A stretch of 60,962 nucleotides of DNA from Clostridia bacterium (GTDB lineage: Bacteria > Bacillota > Clostridia > Christensenellales > DTU072). Below the pieces are notes generated by a model. That model was not told the DNA's origin and made no database searches. It saw only the letters and a list, made by a program, of their open reading frames with translations. Position 1 is the stretch's first letter; each line of letters opens with the position of its first letter. Below are positions 59,857 to 60,962 of the stretch, in pieces. The stretch is taken from the NCBI GenBank assembly GCA_017476265.1, contig JAFVAC010000033.1:1-60962 (forward strand). The letters run 5' to 3'. The position numbers were made by a program, and so were the translations under genes.

Positions 59857-60774
59857 ATGCCATATAAGATCCCGGCTTTCAGCGACGTGTTTTTTGCCCC
59901 GGTTGCCGGGTACTCCGACGTCGGATTCCGCACGCTCTGCGCGCGCTACGGCGCGGGGCTCACCTTCACCGAAATGGTCAGCGCAAAAGCGTTGCACCAC
60001 AACAACGGCACCACCGAGTCGCTTCTCGTCGTTGGCAAAGAGGAGAGAGCCTGCGGCGTACAACTCTTCGGGCACGAAGCGGACATCATCGCCGAGGCGG
60101 TGGCAAGCGACCGACTGAAAAACTTTCCTATCATAGACATCAATATGGGCTGTCCCGTCCCCAAAATCGTCAACAACGGCGAGGGGAGCGCCCTGATGAA
60201 GACCCCCGAAAAGATTTACGAGATCGTCAAAGCGGCGGTGGACGCGGCGGGGAAAAGACCCGTCTCCGTCAAGATGCGCGCCGGATTTTTCGCCGGGGAA
60301 AAGAACGCCGTCGAGTGCGCTCTTGCCGCGCAGGAAGGAGGCGCGAGCATGGTCACCGTACACGGCAGGACGAGGGAGCAGTATTATGCCGGATCAGCCG
60401 ACCTCGGGATCATCGGCGAAGTAAAGTCCGCCCTCGATATCCCCGTCTGCGGCAACGGCGACGTGACCGATCGGACCTCCTATCTCAAGATGAAAGACAC
60501 CGGAGCGGGCTTTGTGATGGTGGCGAGAGCGGCGTTCGGTCGTCCCTATATCTTTGCCGAAATTTTGGAAAAACCATATGAATTTGACATAAAAGAAGCC
60601 ATTTTTGAGCATATCTCTTGGCTGTCCCATCTTCCCGAACGCGTCGTCGTCAATTCGATGAAAAAGCACGTTTCTTTTTACGTCAAGGGTAGACCCGGTC
60701 ACAAGAATCTGAAGACGGAAATATTCGCCGCCGAAAACATGGCGCAACTTCTTTGCGCGATCGAAAAGATATAG
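59857..60774 (+). CDS. dusB: tRNA-dihydrouridine synthase
   Basis: APVAG, TEMVSA, DINMGCPVPK, HGRTREQ, GNGD. Confidence 0.9.
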   Translation: MPYKIPAFSDVFFAPVAGYSDVGFRTLCARYGAGLTFTEMVSAKALHHNNGTTESLLVVGKEERACGVQLFGHEADIIAEAVASDRLKNFPIIDINMGCPVPKIVNNGEGSALMKTPEKIYEIVKAAVDAAGKRPVSVKMRAGFFAGEKNAVECALAAQEGGASMVTVHGRTREQYYAGSADLGIIGEVKSALDIPVCGNGDVTDRTSYLKMKDTGAGFVMVARAAFGRPYIFAEILEKPYEFDIKEAIFEHISWLSHLPERVVVNSMKKHVSFYVKGRPGHKNLKTEIFAAENMAQLLCAIEKI

Positions 60775-60821
60775 CGGTCGGGCTCTTTCTTCCGTTTTTG
60801 CATACCTTTATGCGGTTTTAA

Positions 60822-60962
60822 TGTAGGTTTACAATACATTTGATACACATTTGAAATTGCTCATAAAAGAGCGGAGAAAGAGGGTCCCCGGCACCCCTCC
60901 CCCCGGGGAAGGGGCAAAATTGCAAAAAAAAGATAGGTGAAGAGCCACCTTTGTTGTATGAT
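60822..60962 (+). repeat. Right copy of 141-bp terminal inverted repeat
   Basis: Begins TGTAGGTTTACAATACATTTGATACACATTTGA; exact reverse complement of 1..141. Confidence 0.9.

Noticed and set aside
1-60962. Linear plasmid or phage with terminal inverted repeats
   Set aside because: Content is core chromosomal, with no replication, terminal-protein or phage genes; repeat length matches a common assembler k-mer.

Overview
A 61-kb stretch of ordinary chromosome from a moderately GC-rich, probably spore-forming Clostridia-like bacterium (inferred from gpr/rpsT, spoVT-yabM-mazG, rny and sigmaA-type promoters). It is mostly housekeeping and accessory metabolic genes: uvrB/uvrA, rpsT, feoAAB, asnA, rny, mscL, ppa, dusB, comEC, a five-gene glycan cluster, GH2, an Mrr-type nuclease, a two-component system and one tRNA-Gln(CTG). 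No CRISPR array, rRNA, prophage or intact transposase was seen. The unexplained structure is mainly non-coding: (i) the first and last 141 bp are exact reverse complements (probably two copies of a repeat/IS end where the assembly broke); (ii) downstream of tRNA-Gln lies a nested, multi-helix palindromic element followed by a decayed four-helix-bundle gene that the ORF track misses; (iii) a ~165-nt long-hairpin ncRNA candidate lies between rny and mscL; (iv) several unannotated pseudogenes are present. Among proteins, two tandem membrane-anchored winged-helix-like ORFs coupled to uvrBA, an Mrr with duplicated N-terminal domains, and two apparent pseudo-enzymes (GT2, PAP2) deserve follow-up. 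All product calls come from motif recognition by eye, not from database searches.
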